A stretch of DNA of 64,000 nucleotides, taken from the NCBI GenBank assembly GCA_013239625.1, contig MU053994.1:1927589-1991588 (forward strand), given 5' to 3'. The notes beneath the pieces are model-generated. The model searched no databases and had not been told where the DNA came from. It saw only the letters and a list, made by a program, of their open reading frames with translations. Of this stretch, positions 24,713 through 37,745 are shown piece by piece; position 1 is the stretch's first letter; each line of letters starts with the position of its first letter. The translations under genes were made by a program, and so were the position numbers. Origin of the DNA: Lama guanicoe. Lineage: Eukaryota.

Positions 24713-24832
24713 CGGCTTATTTATTTATCTATTTCATTAGTTAGTTATTTTTAATGAAGGTATTGGGGATTGAACCCAGGACCTCGTGCATGCTAGGCAT
24801 GCACTCTACCACTGAATTATACCCTCCCCGCT
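24713..24832 (-). mobile_element. tRNA-Ala-derived SINE (vic-1-like)
   Basis: GGGGATTGAACCCAGGACCTCGTGCATGCTAGGCATGCACTCTACCACTGAATTATACCCTCCCC; flanked by TTAAATCTG(T)AATT TSD. Confidence 0.92.
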
Positions 24833-25089
24833 TTAAATCTGAATTGTTTTCAAAGTACATGATTAGAAGTTAAGACTAGGTTTCCTAACCTGGTGGCTCT
24901 GGACAAGGTGGCAGGCAGAGGAGGGGCCGTGAGGCGGGGCGGGTAGGAGCACCTGACCCCAGCCTTCACCTTTGAAGCCAACAGGGAAAAGACCTTGCTC
25001 GAGCCCCAAAGAGGTCCCCATCTCCAACCCTGGGTAGGGGTACTTGGGGCTGAGACCCGGTGGTGGTGGCCCTGCGGGCTCCTACAAGG

Positions 25090-25290
25090 AGGGAAATGCT
25101 TTGATGAGCCTTTGTTCCGGGAATTGATCAAGGAAACGAGCTGGTAATGAACAGCAGAAATAACAATAATTAATAATGGGTAGAATAAAAATGGATTTCA
25201 AATCCTGCAGCTAATTTGCCAGGAGACTTATTTCTGCAGCAGGCAGCCCGCTCTCCTCCACAGACTGCTGAGTAAACCAGGAAGTGGCAG
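25090..25290. promoter_or_regulatory. Candidate enhancer (TCF/LEF, SOX, homeodomain motifs)
   Basis: CTTTGAT 25099-25105, CCTTTGTT 25109-25116, AACAAT 25162-25167, TAATTA 25167-25172. Confidence 0.3.
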
Positions 25291-26749
25291 GACCCAGCCT
25301 GCCAGCTCTGCGCAGTGGGGGCCGGGGGGGAAACTCGTCTGGGTGCTGTGCTCAGTCATGGGCTCTGCACCCATGCTAGGAAAGGTATGAGACCCCAGAT
25401 TTCAAGGATGCCTCTCAGTCCAAGCAGCCTCCCTTCCCCCTATGACAGCTGCCAAGCCCCGGGGAGCCACCCCCAGGGCCACCCCTCGGACTCTTGGACC
25501 CTTGGCATATATCCCCTCCCAGGAGCCAAGGTTGTAGGGGAAGAGGGGCAAGACCACACAACAATAGAAGGAAAACCCTTGTCAGAGAAGAAAGATTCTA
25601 ATTGGAGCCCTAAATGCTCCAGAAAGATTATCTTTCCGGTTCCTGTTGCACAGAAAGCAACTAACAATCGGCCCGCCCTCGCCGCCCTTTCCCTCCTGCC
25701 CCACACAGGCTGACTGGGATAGCTTTTATCACTCCATTCAAAAGTGAGCGCTCGGGGATCCCTCCAGCTTCCCCCAGGATGGGGCAAAAGGCTGCCCAGG
25801 CCTGCTCTTTTGCTTCTTCGTGCAAGATCTTGGCAGGGAGTAGGGTCAGTGCTTGCCTGCGAGAGTCAAGTCTATTAAGACCTGTTCGCACCAGTGTCTT
25901 TGGCTGACCAGGTCCGTGGCCCTTCCCATCGTGCCCTTCCCTGAGTACCCCCAGTCCCCTCTGGCCGTCTCTAGCTTTGGACAGCTTCTCCCCCGCCCTT
26001 CCCACTGGGGCCCAGGCTCCAAGCCCACTGTTTGCCGATAACATCTACCCTCCTTTGTCTCAGGAAGTGCTTATCAGGTGCAGGGGAAGCCAAAATCTAT
26101 GTGTACATCTCTGTCTTTGACCACGAGTCATTGGAGCCACGTTGTCTTCCCCCGCGAGACCAGTGGACAAGCTTTGGGGGGACTCCTCGACTCCCACGAG
26201 TGAGTGGCTGCCTACCCTGACAAATGGATCTCTCTCTCTTTTCAACTTTAGCAAAGTGGATTCTTCTCGCTAAAGGCTAAGTACTCGCTGAGTTGCAAGT
26301 TTTCGAAAATGAGGCCATTGTGGGGCTATTTCTGAGGGAAGGAAAGGCCAGCAGTGCCAGCGCCAGCCCCGTCCACCTCCCACAAGAATTGGGCACCATT
26401 ATTTTTACATTGGGGAAAATTCCATCTCTGGTTTCACAAACAGCTGAATCTGGCTTCATCTCCTGCAGACCTATACACCCACCGTAGAGAGAGGGCGAGG
26501 GCGGAACTCTTCTAGACAGTTCAGAGCAGGGGAACAAAAGGAAGTTTGGGCTGATGATGACGACTTGGCAGCATCTAGGGAGGGCTTTGCTGGTGAAGCC
26601 CATAGGTTAGGGTATCAGCTACGGCGTTGATGGGGTAGGAGAGAGACCCCGGGATGGCAACATGCTGAGAGCACAGCGGGGCTCTGGGCACGGAAGCCAG
26701 GCCCGAGGAAGGAGCAAGGAGAGGTGGGGTTCCTGGTTTTTGAAACAGT

Positions 26750-27134
26750 TAATATTAGCCGGCTGGTGTTGCTGTAACAAAGAGCCACAGGCTGGGGAGC
26801 TTAAACAACAGAATTTTATTGTTTCATGGTTCTGGAGGCTGGAAGTCTGAGCTCAAGGTATCAACAGGGTTGGCTGGCTTCATCCTGTGTCCTGTCTCCC
26901 TGGCTTGTAGGCGGCTGTCTTCTCCCTGTGTCTTCCCTCCGTGTGTGTCTGGGTCCTAATCTCCTCTTCTTATAAGAACACCAGTCAGATTGGATTAGGG
27001 CCCATCTATGTAACCTCATTTTACTCAATTACCTTTTTAAAGACCTATCTTCAAATACAGCCGCATTCTAAGGTGTACTGGGAGTTAGAGCTCCAACATG
27101 TGAATTTAGGGGGAGACACAATTTACCCACGACA
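26750..27134 (-). mobile_element. MLT1A-like solo LTR
   Basis: CTTAAACAACAGAATTTTATT...GTTCTGGAGGCTGGAAGTCTGAG...CTTATAAGAACACCAGTCAGATTGGATTAGGGCCC. Confidence 0.9.
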
Positions 27135-27539
27135 CCAGTATAGGGCTTCTCTTTTGCTTCCATAATCACAACCTGTTCCAACTGCAATCAGTGTAGTTGC
27201 TGGGCTGGGAGAGGCTGCTGGGCTACAGACCCTACATAAGAGGGGCCTTGTCTGCCCTCCCCCAAGGCTCCACCCTGTACAAATTCACCTCAGCAACCAA
27301 GTCCCACCTCTTCCGAGAGGCCCTCCCTGACTGCTAAGCTCACTCGGAGCTTTTCTTTTGTCAAACTCCACTGCACTACAGGAAGGGCTGTTAGGGTCCA
27401 ACCCTCTGTGCCCTGAGTAGAAATCTGCTTTCTGAGTAAGATCTTTGAGGACATGCAGCGGGTGCCCACCCCTACCCCCTACCACACACATACACACACA
27501 TATACGCATATACACACATTGCCAGTATTTATTTCCTCC

Positions 27540-28007
27540 CTTGCCCCTCCAGGCAGTTTGGAGAGTTAGGGTTGGCAGTACCCCCAGCTCCAGGGATCAG
27601 CCTGACTTGCTTATTCAGAGGACACACGTGACCAAATGGGTCCAATCAGAGTGAACATCAGCACTTTTGTTGGGAATGCTGGTACCCAGTCTACTGGATG
27701 GGTTTGGTTGGGGGAGAATGCCAGGCTTGGAGTAAAGACAGTTGCAACTAAGGTAAGGGAGATGGGGCATGGCAGGGTGCTAGAAGTTCCAGGGATTTGG
27801 ATGGGGCAGGGCAGGGAATAACCACTGTAGCCTATCCAGAGGAAACAAAGCAAATAATTGATGCTACAGTTATATTTAGGTCCTAGATCAAGCCATACCT
27901 GAAGTAGGTTACCCCTGGACCAATGAGTAACATAAATCCATAAATTTGTCCTTTTGCTAACATTAATTTGGGTTGGGTTTACAATGGAGAGATCACGAAC
28001 TGATACC
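27540..28007 (+). mobile_element. Old MLT1 (K/L-like) LTR
   Basis: CACGTGACCAAATGGGTCCAATCAGAG, CTAGATCAAGCCATACCTGAAG, end AACTGATAC. Confidence 0.65.
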
Positions 28008-28774
28008 ATTTCTTTCAGATCATCCCAACAGCCTACCCCCATGATAACAAGGACACTTAATAAATACTACATAATCACGAAGTCACGACCCGTGAAGGCT
28101 CTGTCAATGAGGAAACTGGGACCAGGGGTGAAGGGATCTGCCAAGTCTCGTGGCCAATTAGTGCCAGAGCCTGGATGACAGCCTAGGTCCCCAGTCCAGT
28201 GTGGTTCCCACTGCACCAGAAGGGACAAAGGCCACCTTGTCTCCTGCCCTCCCCCCAAAACCTTGTCCCTGGGGGAGAGGGAGGGGCCAGAGAAAACCAG
28301 TGTGAAGCCACAGCACCCTCAGCCCCCCAAACAGGAAGACTTGGTTGCAAGCCAGGAGGGCAGAGGGGAGAGGAGACAGGAAATTGAGTGGCTCCCTGTC
28401 AACTACATGTGCCAAGTCACCTGAGGGCTGTGAGCAAGAAGCTAGTGCAGAAATGGGGAGCAGCTGCCAACCCAGGCAGCAGGCATGTCAGGGACCTCAG
28501 GACCTCGGAGGGCCCCAGCACATACTCCTAAGAGCTCTCTGCCCTCAGGAAGGCTTGTCCTCAAGTGGAAGGGTGGGCTGGGCAGGCTCCAACAGGGGCA
28601 GAAATATGTGGTCCCTGGAATAGAATAGTCAGACATTTGTGATGGACAAGTGCTTATGGCCATTTGCATAGCAGTCAGATGCCTTGAATTTTCCAGACCA
28701 GTTGGCATTTCAGTCAACGGATTTTAGACTCCAGAAGCCATCTTGGGCCATGAAGTGACTTTGGGAACAAGAGC

Positions 28775-29487
28775 TGAAAGAGTTATTCACCACTACGTAA
28801 CAAATCACCTTGAAGCCTAGTGGCTTAAAACAACATCAGTTGAGGATTTTCTTTTGTTTTGTTTTTTTCTCCTGATCCTGGGGTTGACTGGGCTCAGCCC
28901 AGCGGTTCTTGATCTTTTGTGTATTTGTGGTCAGATGGTGGCTGGGGCTGAAATCATTTGAAGCCTTCCTTACTCACATGTCTGGTGCCTGAGCTGAGAA
29001 GACGCCAACATCTGGGGCTGGGGGTGCAGAATCCATGACGGAAAACTCATGCATCTCCCTCCAACACGGCAGCTTCAGGGTAATCAAGCTTCTTACATGG
29101 CAGGTCAAGGTGCCAAGGACCTGTGAGGACGGGTGGAGAAAGAGCCAGGTGGAAGCCATATCTCCTTTTTTGACCCCACCTTGGAAGTCCCACAGTGTCA
29201 CCTCTGCCTCATTTAATTCATTCAAAGAGTCTGGCCCGGTGCGGGAGGGTAGAACTCAGTGGTAGAGCATGTGCTTAGCATGCACGAGGTTCTGGGTTCA
29301 ATCCCCAGTACCTCCATTAATAAACAAACTAACAAACCTAATTACCCACTACCCTCCACCAAAAAAAACCCACAAGAAAAAAAAGAAGGAAAAAAAAAGT
29401 CTGGCCCATATACAAGGCGAGGGCACTGAAACTCCACCCGGTCAGAAAGACTGTTGAGGAATGTTCAGATGTGGTTTAAACCACCGG
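28775..29487 (-). mobile_element. MLT1F-like LTR hosting a SINE, nested in an older MLT1
   Basis: TAACAAATCACC...TAGTGGCTTAAAACAACA; ACTCACATGTCTGG; end TTTAAACCACC. Confidence 0.75.
29238..29397 (+). mobile_element. tRNA-Ala-derived SINE (vic-1-like) with TSD
   Basis: GGGAGGGTAGAACTCAGTGGTAGAGCATGTGCTTAGCATGCACGAGGTTCTGGGTTCAATCCCCAGTACCTCC; TSD AGTCTGGCCC at 29228-29237 and 29398-29407. Confidence 0.93.
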
Positions 29488-29489
29488 AG

Positions 29490-29674
29490 AAGCCATCACT
29501 GGCAGAGCAACAAGGTCAAGGAGCTCGGGTCTCTGACCCTGGGCAATGGCCTGGGATTGCCTGAACCTGGCCTTCCTAAATAAGAGCGAGAAATCGAATA
29601 GTCTGTTGGGAACAGACCGCTGTCAACTGGGGTTTTTCAGTTACTCTCGGCCCAACCTAATTCTAACTAATACA
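29490..29674 (+). mobile_element. 3' part of old MLT1 (J-like) LTR; 5' part probably near 28735-28774
   Basis: GGCAGAGCAACAAG...GGAGCTCGGGTCTCTGA...CCTAATTCTAACTAATACA. Confidence 0.6.
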
Positions 29675-30827
29675 GAGAGTACCAACCACCATGTCGTGTT
29701 CCTGGCACAGAGCAAACCCTCAAAGGGAAGGGGGTTGGGGGTGCGTGGCAGGGACAAGCAGGACATAGAGCTCAAATACACTATTCCCTTGCCCCATAGG
29801 TCCACCTACACTTATTAGGCTGTGTCCCATATAGATTTGTAAAAATGAGAAAACATGCGAAGGAAAGCTAAAGAAGTAGAGTGCAAACAGTAAGCGCCTA
29901 GCAATGGAATCAACAAATGAGTAAGTACAGGGTATAAAAGGACCAGAGAAGGTCCCCAAAGCAAAGGCTCTCAGATGCGGCCGAGGCGCCCAGGCTGCCT
30001 CTAGGCTACATTATGAAAAAGTCCTTTGTCTTCAGACTTGTCTCTTTCCTCTCCTCCTCCCCCTCCTCCTCCTCTTCTTCTTTCCCCCACCCGCTGTCTC
30101 TCTTCCCACACCCACCTAGCTCATATTCTTCCCAAGGAAACCAGGAATTTTCTGATGCCCTGGACAGAGGAAAGAGAAAAATCAATTCCTCCATCCATCT
30201 CAACTCTTTGGCAAAGCCAGGCGGATGTGGTCCAGGCCTCCGTCCACCCGCCCCTCCCCCCACCACTTCCACCCATGCTCTGGTCACCTCCCCACATTCT
30301 TGTCCCCTCCCTGCCTTTGCACACACTGTCCCTTTGGCAGAGATGACCATCTCGTCTCTCTTTTCTGTTCTGGTCAACTCCTGCTTGTCACTCACCACCC
30401 AGCGCAGATGTCACTGCCTGTAGGAAACACCCCCAACCAAACCCTTCCCAAGTGCTTCCAGGAGCCCGTGTTGACCTTGTCAGAACACGCATCCCACAGG
30501 GTTGGAACAGTCTGTCTTGGTCTCCGCCATGATGGTGTGCTATCACTGCAGATCCTCTGAGCATCCGTCTGCCGGAACACCTACAATAGTAGCTTGAATG
30601 GCTTACTCTTTCCTGGATGACAGCAAAGACTAATCCAGAAGGTGCTGTCTCCTGTGTTCCAACACCTGGAGTGAGTGCCTTTCTGGCATCTCTCAGATCA
30701 AGGCAGGTGGGCGGCCCCTATCTGGACCTAAAGGAGCCCTGGGAGTTCCTTAGGCTGCTTCCCTGGAATTTGACTTTTTAACATATTAGATCAATGTCTT
30801 GTCCAATAACTCCCTGGATATTTCTGT

Positions 30828-31146
30828 TATGATCGATTGTATTTTTCAAACATGGCACAGCAATATTTCCAGTCCCGTAAATTCTTCCAGAATCCCGCCA
30901 CTCCCATCAAGAGGTGGTGTCTTCCAACCAACAGAATATGGTAGAAGTGATGCTATGTGAGACTTGACGCTAGGTCATAAAAGGCAAACAGCTTCTACCT
31001 GTCTCTCTCTCTCTCTTTTGGGACGCTCACCCTTGGAACCCAGCTGCCACACTGTGAGGAAGCCCAAGCCACATGGAGAGGTCACGTGTAGGTTTGTGGC
31101 CCATGGCCCCAGCTCAGCTGACAGCCAGAATCACCTGCCAGGCATA
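30828..31146 (+). mobile_element. MLT1F/G-like LTR, 3'-truncated
   Basis: CCCATCAAGAGGTGG, GGTCATAAAAGGC, CCCAGCTGCCACACTGTGAGGAAGCCCAAGC. Confidence 0.75.
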
Positions 31147-31379
31147 GGAGCAAAGCCCGCCTCCCTCCAGGATGCGCACGCTTGGCCTGACCAACAGGCT
31201 CCCCCAGAGTCTGCAGCAGCAGAGAAGCCCCGGGCACAGATGCAAGGTTGACACTTCGGATGAGAGGCTGTCAGCGTGAGCTGAGTCGAAGCCCTTGTGG
31301 AACTGTCGGCCACCGCCACAGCTGGAAGTGGCGGTCAGGCTGCGGGGAAGTGAGCCGGGGCACCAGAGGCAAATGATCC

Positions 31380-31510
31380 AGCAAGTTCTTTAACTCCTCC
31401 ATCTCAGTTTCCTCGTATGCAAACTGGAAATCAAAACAGGGCAGTTGTGAGGATTAAACTGGATAACCATGCAAAGCGAGGGCCGTGCTGGAAGCGCTCA
31501 ATAAATGTGG
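31380..31510 (+). mobile_element. MIR fragment
   Basis: CTCAGTTTCCTC...GTTGTGAGGATTAAA...GCGCTCAATAAATG. Confidence 0.75.
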
Positions 31511-32500
31511 GTCTACCGGGATGGAAAAGCTTTCCGCGGTCCCACAAAGACTTCTGTAAACCCGCAGCAGATTGCTCTTGAGAGCCACGAATTCCCTAGG
31601 CAAGCGCCAAGGGCTCGAGACAAAAAGAACATTCTGGAATTCTGCAAACGTACCTTCTTAGATGCCTAGGATTTGGAATGTTGATTCTACACCATACTAT
31701 AGAGAACAGAGAAGCTTGAGAGCAGTTTTCCTGCCACCGGGAAAGGGAATAAAGGTTCCACCAGTTTGAGAAGTTGGTTAACCAGTGGAAAGGTCTCCAC
31801 GCCGCCTGAGGCCCGGGACAGGCCTGAGGCTCCTATGGTAGAGACAGGAGAGGCATGGAAAGCCCAGAGGGGTTCACTGGCATGGAGGGGAGAGAGGGGC
31901 CCAGGACTTGATCCGCAGCAGCTCGCAGAAGAAACTGCCTGTCCTAGGGAGAAGGCCCACATTTAGCATGGCGCTGCAGGGGTAAGGGGGCCGAGGCTAA
32001 ATAAGGGGCCTAGGCCAGGCCTAAATAAGGTCCTGAGGGTGGCCCAGGCTCTGCACACCTCAGCCCAGTGCAGGGAGTGGCCAAGAGCACCCAAGTCCCC
32101 ACAGCACCCTGAAAGGGCTGACTGATGGGGCCCACCAGGTGCATGCGAACAAAGAGCATTCAGGGCCTCTGGACCCAAGGCCGTGGCCGCCCAGGACATC
32201 AGGGTCCGTGTTCCAGTCCACGCAGGACAAGCACTGCTCGTCCAAGGTCAGTGAGCCCACTGAGGGGGGCAGGCAGGGAACAGGGCAGCAGGTGGATACA
32301 CGCCCTATGCCCGGATTCCCTCCCCAGCCCAGGGCTGCAACTCAGACCGGGGCAGAAAAGGCAAAAAGGAATCCGGAAGACACAGCTTCGGCCTCAGAGT
32401 GAGCATCGATTTCAACCGGAAGTGACTGTTACCTTGACTTGGCAAATTCAAGCTGTCCACCATCAGGAGAAAGAAACAAGGGGCTCAACAGCCCAGCGAA

Positions 32501-32639
32501 GGGTGGGGTGGGTGGGTGTACAGCCCAGTGGTAGAGTGAGTGCTTAGCATGCACAAGGTCCTGGGTTCAATTCCCAGTAACTCCGTTAAAATAAATAAAT
32601 AACAACCTAATTACCTGCCCCCTCCAAAAAAAAAAAAAA
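32501..32639 (+). mobile_element. tRNA-Ala-derived SINE (vic-1-like)
   Basis: CAGTGGTAGAGTGAGTGCTTAGCATGCACAAGGTCCTGGGTTCAATT; tail AACCTAATTACC then poly(A). Confidence 0.9.
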
Positions 32640-34100
32640 GAGCCCAATGAAGACTGCAGTTTGGGAAAATTAGAGAAAACCTACACCCTAGCATACCTGA
32701 GCGTCAGGACAGGAGAACTTCACCCCGCTACGTGAGTCGTCACTCCGGGCTTGGGACCAACGGGAGGGAATGAAGTCAGAGCATGGCTTACACATCAAGA
32801 ATCCAGTGGAGATGTGACTTGCCCTCCAGGGTCCAAGTCCCGGTAGGGGGCACACCCAAGGGAGGGGGCAGGCAGAGGAGGAGGGGCTGGATGTCAGGAG
32901 TCCGTCCAAAAGACAAAACGTGTGGGTCTCCTTTTTGGATCCTGCTGGCTCGCTCAACAACTCTTAATTACCAGCAATCAGCTCTAAATTACCTACAACA
33001 AGAGAGACCAGGGAAAACACAGATAAATGAAATCCATAGATAATCCCCAAACCCCAATTTGGTCAATAACATCAACCAGCTTCCCCAAGCAGCCTCTTGC
33101 CGGGACTCCTGATCTCCTGACAAGTTGCCGAGCAGAATGGTCCCCAATTCCCCGTCTTGCTTTGCCCTTGCCCCCTGGTACGATGAGTGAGCCCTCAACA
33201 ATGGCCACCTCCATACCACACTCTCTCCTCCTATTCCCGTCCCCCGGAGGCGGCTGCCAGGCTCTAAGCGCTGGCCTGTTTTCACTGTCTGTTTGCCCAA
33301 CAAACAGGAAGGCTGGCTGCAAATTTAAGCCACCTTGGAGGACAGGAAGGGAGGACGAGGGCCTCGGGGACCACAACCGTCCAAGAGTTGCTGAGGACCC
33401 GGGGGCCTCTTTGTCTACACCTGAGGCAGGATGGCCACCCAGAGAGAGGGACCCAATTAAGGCAGGTTAGAGCCTCCAGCAAGAGCAGGAAAGGGGGCAA
33501 GATGGCACATCCCGAGGGCTCCCTGTTTCCTGACTTTTCCACAAAGATTCTTAAGTGTTCCTTCCTCTTGAGTGGGCGGGCAGGGCAGACACCTCAGGCC
33601 CCACGCCTGGGCCAGCAGAACCCAGGGAGAGCTGCCTGTTCGACTGAAAAAGAATGTCTTGTGGTCATCACGTTGGGAAAAATGTCCAGTCAGGACCCAA
33701 GGGCACCAAAAACTGTGCCCAGTATTAGTTCAAAAGGGAAAAAATAGACAACAGGGCGATGCAGAGAATGAACAACAGCCCCCCCCACCGACATCTACCT
33801 GCTCCATCCGCTCTCCTTCCCTGTGCCCCGCGCCCCCAGTGCCGGCCAAGGCAGAAGTCGGCGGGAGTCCAGAGAAGTAGTGAACGTTGAACACAAGCCT
33901 GAACACTGCTCTCCCTTTTCTGAATTTTCCTTTTTCCTACAGTCCAGTTAACACAGTGGACAAGCCAATCCTCGTTCCCGCAGGCCTCGTTAATGAACCT
34001 GCAGTAGCAAATGCGCCTCGTTATTGCTGGGAACCTGGAAGCCCCACGCTCCCCACCAACGTGCAAATACCACACAGAAAGACCCCTCCCTCCTCCCCCT

Positions 34101-34228
34101 NNNNNNNNNNNNNNNNNNNNNNNNNNNNNNNNNNNNNNNNNNNNNNNNNNNNNNNNNNNNNNNNNNNNNNNNNNNNNNNNNNNNNNNNNNNNNNNNNNNN
34201 NNNNNNNNNNNNNNNNNNNNNNNNNNNN
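34101..34228. other. Assembly gap (128 N)
   Basis: Run of N. Confidence 1.
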
Positions 34229-36313
34229 GGCACACAGGGAAACCCAGGAAGGAGGCTGCCCACCTGAGGAAGGACGGGATGCAAAGCGAGCCTTCAGCTG
34301 GCCCTTAGACCTGCTTTAAAGTCTACAAATCTGCAAATCGGGGCCAGACAGCGCCACTGGGTTGGAGGAGGCTAAGGGACGCTAAGAGCTATGAGGCCGC
34401 AATGTGCAGGAGGGGGGCCTGCTGTGACCTCATCCCCTTACCCTCCCACCCCCGCCCTGGCCGGGTCTCGGCCCCTTCCGCACTCTAAGTGGGCATTAAT
34501 GCGGCCAGCACTAACTCGATTTCATCATGGGGAGACAGGAATCATTTTTCTCTTGTCCTTTGCTTCTGCTCCGTCTATCTCCTCTGATGGGGACAGTTGG
34601 TTCTGCCTCGTGAGGTCAGATTTGCAGGGGTTTTGGCCTTTTCTTACTCGCTTAATGACAACCTGAGGAAAGAAGAGGCCAAGAGGGAGAGGTGGAGAAA
34701 AACACAGACTCCTGGTGCAAAGCAGTTTCCAACGCTCCAAAGCCGGCATGTTTCCAGGGGGTCGTTATGTATCTCTCTTGTCACCTGGTGACCCAGGACG
34801 CCTGAGGGCCACATGGCACAGCAGGGGAGATAGGCCAACAGTCCTTCTTGCCCAGTTGATGGGAAATCAAATGATGCAGGGAAGTTTTCTAGAAGGGAAA
34901 AGAAGAAAGACAGCGAGCAAGACAACATTCGATTTCCCCCCGCTGAGGAGGCTGACATCACTCTCTGCCAAGCAGAAATTGCCTGCCTTTCTCCAAGCCA
35001 GCATTCTGGAGCTGTTTTCTGATTATTTCAATCAGCCTAATAACATGTACATTTGAGACAGCTGCCTTGGCGGTTTGGCGAGTTTGACTCTTCTGCTGGC
35101 TCCTGCAGAAGCATAATGTTTGCTCCCCGAAGTTCACGTGCACTAGGGAAAAAAGGTTTGGATGGATTTCCCGACCCCCAAATATAACCATCCCGGAATT
35201 TGGTTCTGGGTCCAGAAGTCTTTTCACACTGACTGGCCAGATCAGAGGCCCTGCTATCGTGTCTCCTTTGGCTGGTTTCCTTCCCCCACGATTGGAACTG
35301 GCTAGATTGGGGTTCTGCTCATTCCTGTTTGCAGTCTGCGGGCCTCAGAGCCCCATGAGGGGCGCTGGGTATGATGGTTCCCCCCCCGTGGCTTGTTACT
35401 TCATGCCAGGCGTGTGCAGAGGGTTGCCAGCAAGGCCATAAACAGCTAACAGAGCAGAGAGGGCAGAGCAGAGCGCCATCCGGCACGTGCAACGGAGCCC
35501 AGAGAAACGGATGCAATTCATCGGACCGTGCTTAACTCAAGGTGGCTCTCCAGGCAGCCAAGGTTAGAATAAGGCTCCTCTCAGGCAAAAAAGAAAATCA
35601 GAATGGCATCAGAGAAAGTTAACCAACGTCTTCTAGAGAACTACATTAATTAGAATAATAACACTCACATTTTGAGCACCTGCTCTGAGCAGGAGCCTTG
35701 CCTTTTGCATACATTACCAGGTTTAATTCTCACAGGTAAGGGCCGATATACCATCACCGTTTTCATTTCCGAAATCTAGAAAACTTTACTGTGATTTCTT
35801 TTTTTTTTTTTTCTGAAATTGCAAACGTTCCCTTCTCTGGGCCTCTGTGTTTCTAAAACAGATGCAATCCTGAATAAACCTCAGAAGATCAAGACCTTCA
35901 GAAAACAATTCAGGAGGAGGTCTGGCTTCCTGGAGGCTGTAACTGGTGGGAAGTGGCGGGTGCGATGGTAGGGCCTCCTCCAGCTGCAGCGGCAGGTGAA
36001 CTGGGGCAAAGAGCAGCTCCCCCAAAACCCCTCGCAGCTGTCTGCACCCATCTCCTCACTGTCTGGGGAAACATGCTCTTTTTTTCTCTTTTTATGACTA
36101 CTCTGTCCGTGATGGAAGTTTCCTTCTGACACCTCTGCACATATGCACGGATTGGTTCATATCTTTCCTCTTGTTTGCAGAACATTAACAGCAGCCTAAC
36201 TGTCCTAAATATTTCCTGACGCTCATAGTCCTGCAGGCTTTCAGAAAACGGGGAGGAAGTTGTCACTGACCCTGGAGAAGCTGATGTCCGCTGCCCACCG
36301 CAGGGGACAGAAT

Positions 36314-36339
36314 ATCAATCAAACAATGGGTTCATTGAA
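36314..36339. promoter_or_regulatory. PBX site abutting an inverted SOX dimer site
   Basis: ATCAATCAA (36314-36322) and AACAATG-GGTT-CATTGAA (36322-36339). Confidence 0.35.
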
Positions 36340-37134
36340 TGTCTCCGCGCCAGGCTCCCCAGAGCTCACAAAAGCCACCACTCAAGCAGGCAACAGTGTG
36401 CTGCCATCCCTGAGCACTAAAAGGGCGGGGCTAGAGAGCTAGCAGACAGATCAGTCGCCAAACTGGTACCACCCGCCCACCCCAAACGGACCCCAAAGGT
36501 GCCTCCCTCACTGCTGACACCTTACAAGTTCCCAGACTTATTTCAATGATGCAGCCATCACTCAAAACCTCCTGAGAAACTCCGCTTTTAGCATTACTGC
36601 CAGAGATAGTCACCAAACCACATGAAAAACTGTTTTAATTGCATTAAGCTTAGTCTCATGTTTACCCCCTCCCCTAAAGGATTGGTCCTGGCATATAGGT
36701 AATCTCTCTGGGAGGTGATCCCAGGAAATAAAATTGAGAGGGTAACTGACCCATTTGGGGCCCTCCCAGAGACTGTGTAGAATCGTCCCGCTGAGCAGTG
36801 ACGAAACAGAGGTATTGATCCGTTAGCTCCTCTGGTTGAGAGCTGCTCTGACGGTGTTTGTTCCCCAGCACTCGCAGTCAGTGCCATGATCCCGCCTGCA
36901 AGCCACTTGGAAGGGCCTGCATCCCTTCCAAGGCCAGACAACCCCTTCTGGCAGAGACATGCAGGAAGCCATCTGCAGGTACCAGAACTGTCAGCAGGGG
37001 CCTCTGGGGTGGGCGGAGGGCACGCGGGCACTGACAGCACCTGCTACAGATCGGGGTGACTTTTGAACCGTCAGCAAGAAACTAAATCCACCTTCAGAAG
37101 GTAAAGATTGCTATCAGCAGAGATCTTTAGCGGA

Positions 37135-37290
37135 GCAATAATAGCTGGAGTTTATTTAGTGCTTATTGCATGCCAGCTGCTGTTGTAAGTACTGTATATG
37201 CACTAAATCTTTTAGTTCTCACACATCTGTATCACACAGGCACCGTCATTATAGCCTTTTGACAGATAAGGAAGTGGGCATGCCACAAAC
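37135..37290 (-). mobile_element. MIR fragment
   Basis: TTTATTTAGTGCTTA...TTTTGACAGATAAGGAAG. Confidence 0.65.
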
Positions 37291-37601
37291 TCCAAGGCAG
37301 CTCCACAGACATCTCTGAGCAAGGAACCCATCATTGCAAGGAACAGGCATCCAAGTGATGGGTTTTAAGGAGATAAGGTAGATTCGCGTGTATGCAATGA
37401 ACAACCAATTGAATTTTGACCACATGAAAGGCCCGAGGAGTTTAGAAGCAGGAAGTGCCTGTGCTGGAAATACTGAGAAAGGCTTTATGGGAAAGATGGG
37501 CCTTGGAGCTGTGGTTAAAAGGTGAGAAATCAGTGTGAAATAAGTCCCAGAGGCAGGACGGACCAGCTCATCTAGAGTATTAGGCAAGATGGCAACATAC
37601 T

Positions 37602-37745
37602 GTTTTGCTTGTATTGTTTGTATTCTGACGAGGAGGTAAGTAGGTTTCTTCATTGATTTTTGCTTGGAGGAGGTACTGGGGATTGAACCCGGGACCTCTT
37701 GCGTGCTGAGCATGCGCTCTACCACTTGAGCTAGACCCTTCCCCC
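37602..37745 (-). mobile_element. tRNA-Ala-derived SINE (vic-1-like)
   Basis: GGAGGTACTGGGGATTGAACCCGGGACC...GCGCTCTACCACTTGAGCTA; degenerate TSD AAGATGGCAACATACT / AAAATGTCATCATACT. Confidence 0.9.

Noticed and set aside
29243..29316. tRNA-Ala(AGC)-like sequence with A/B boxes (also the other copies)
   Set aside because: Has an A-rich tail, TSDs and divergent stems: a SINE, not a tRNA gene.
31983..32038. CTAAATAAGG repeated at 24-bp spacing
   Set aside because: Tiny degenerate tandem duplication; does not fit the CArG or MEF2 consensus.
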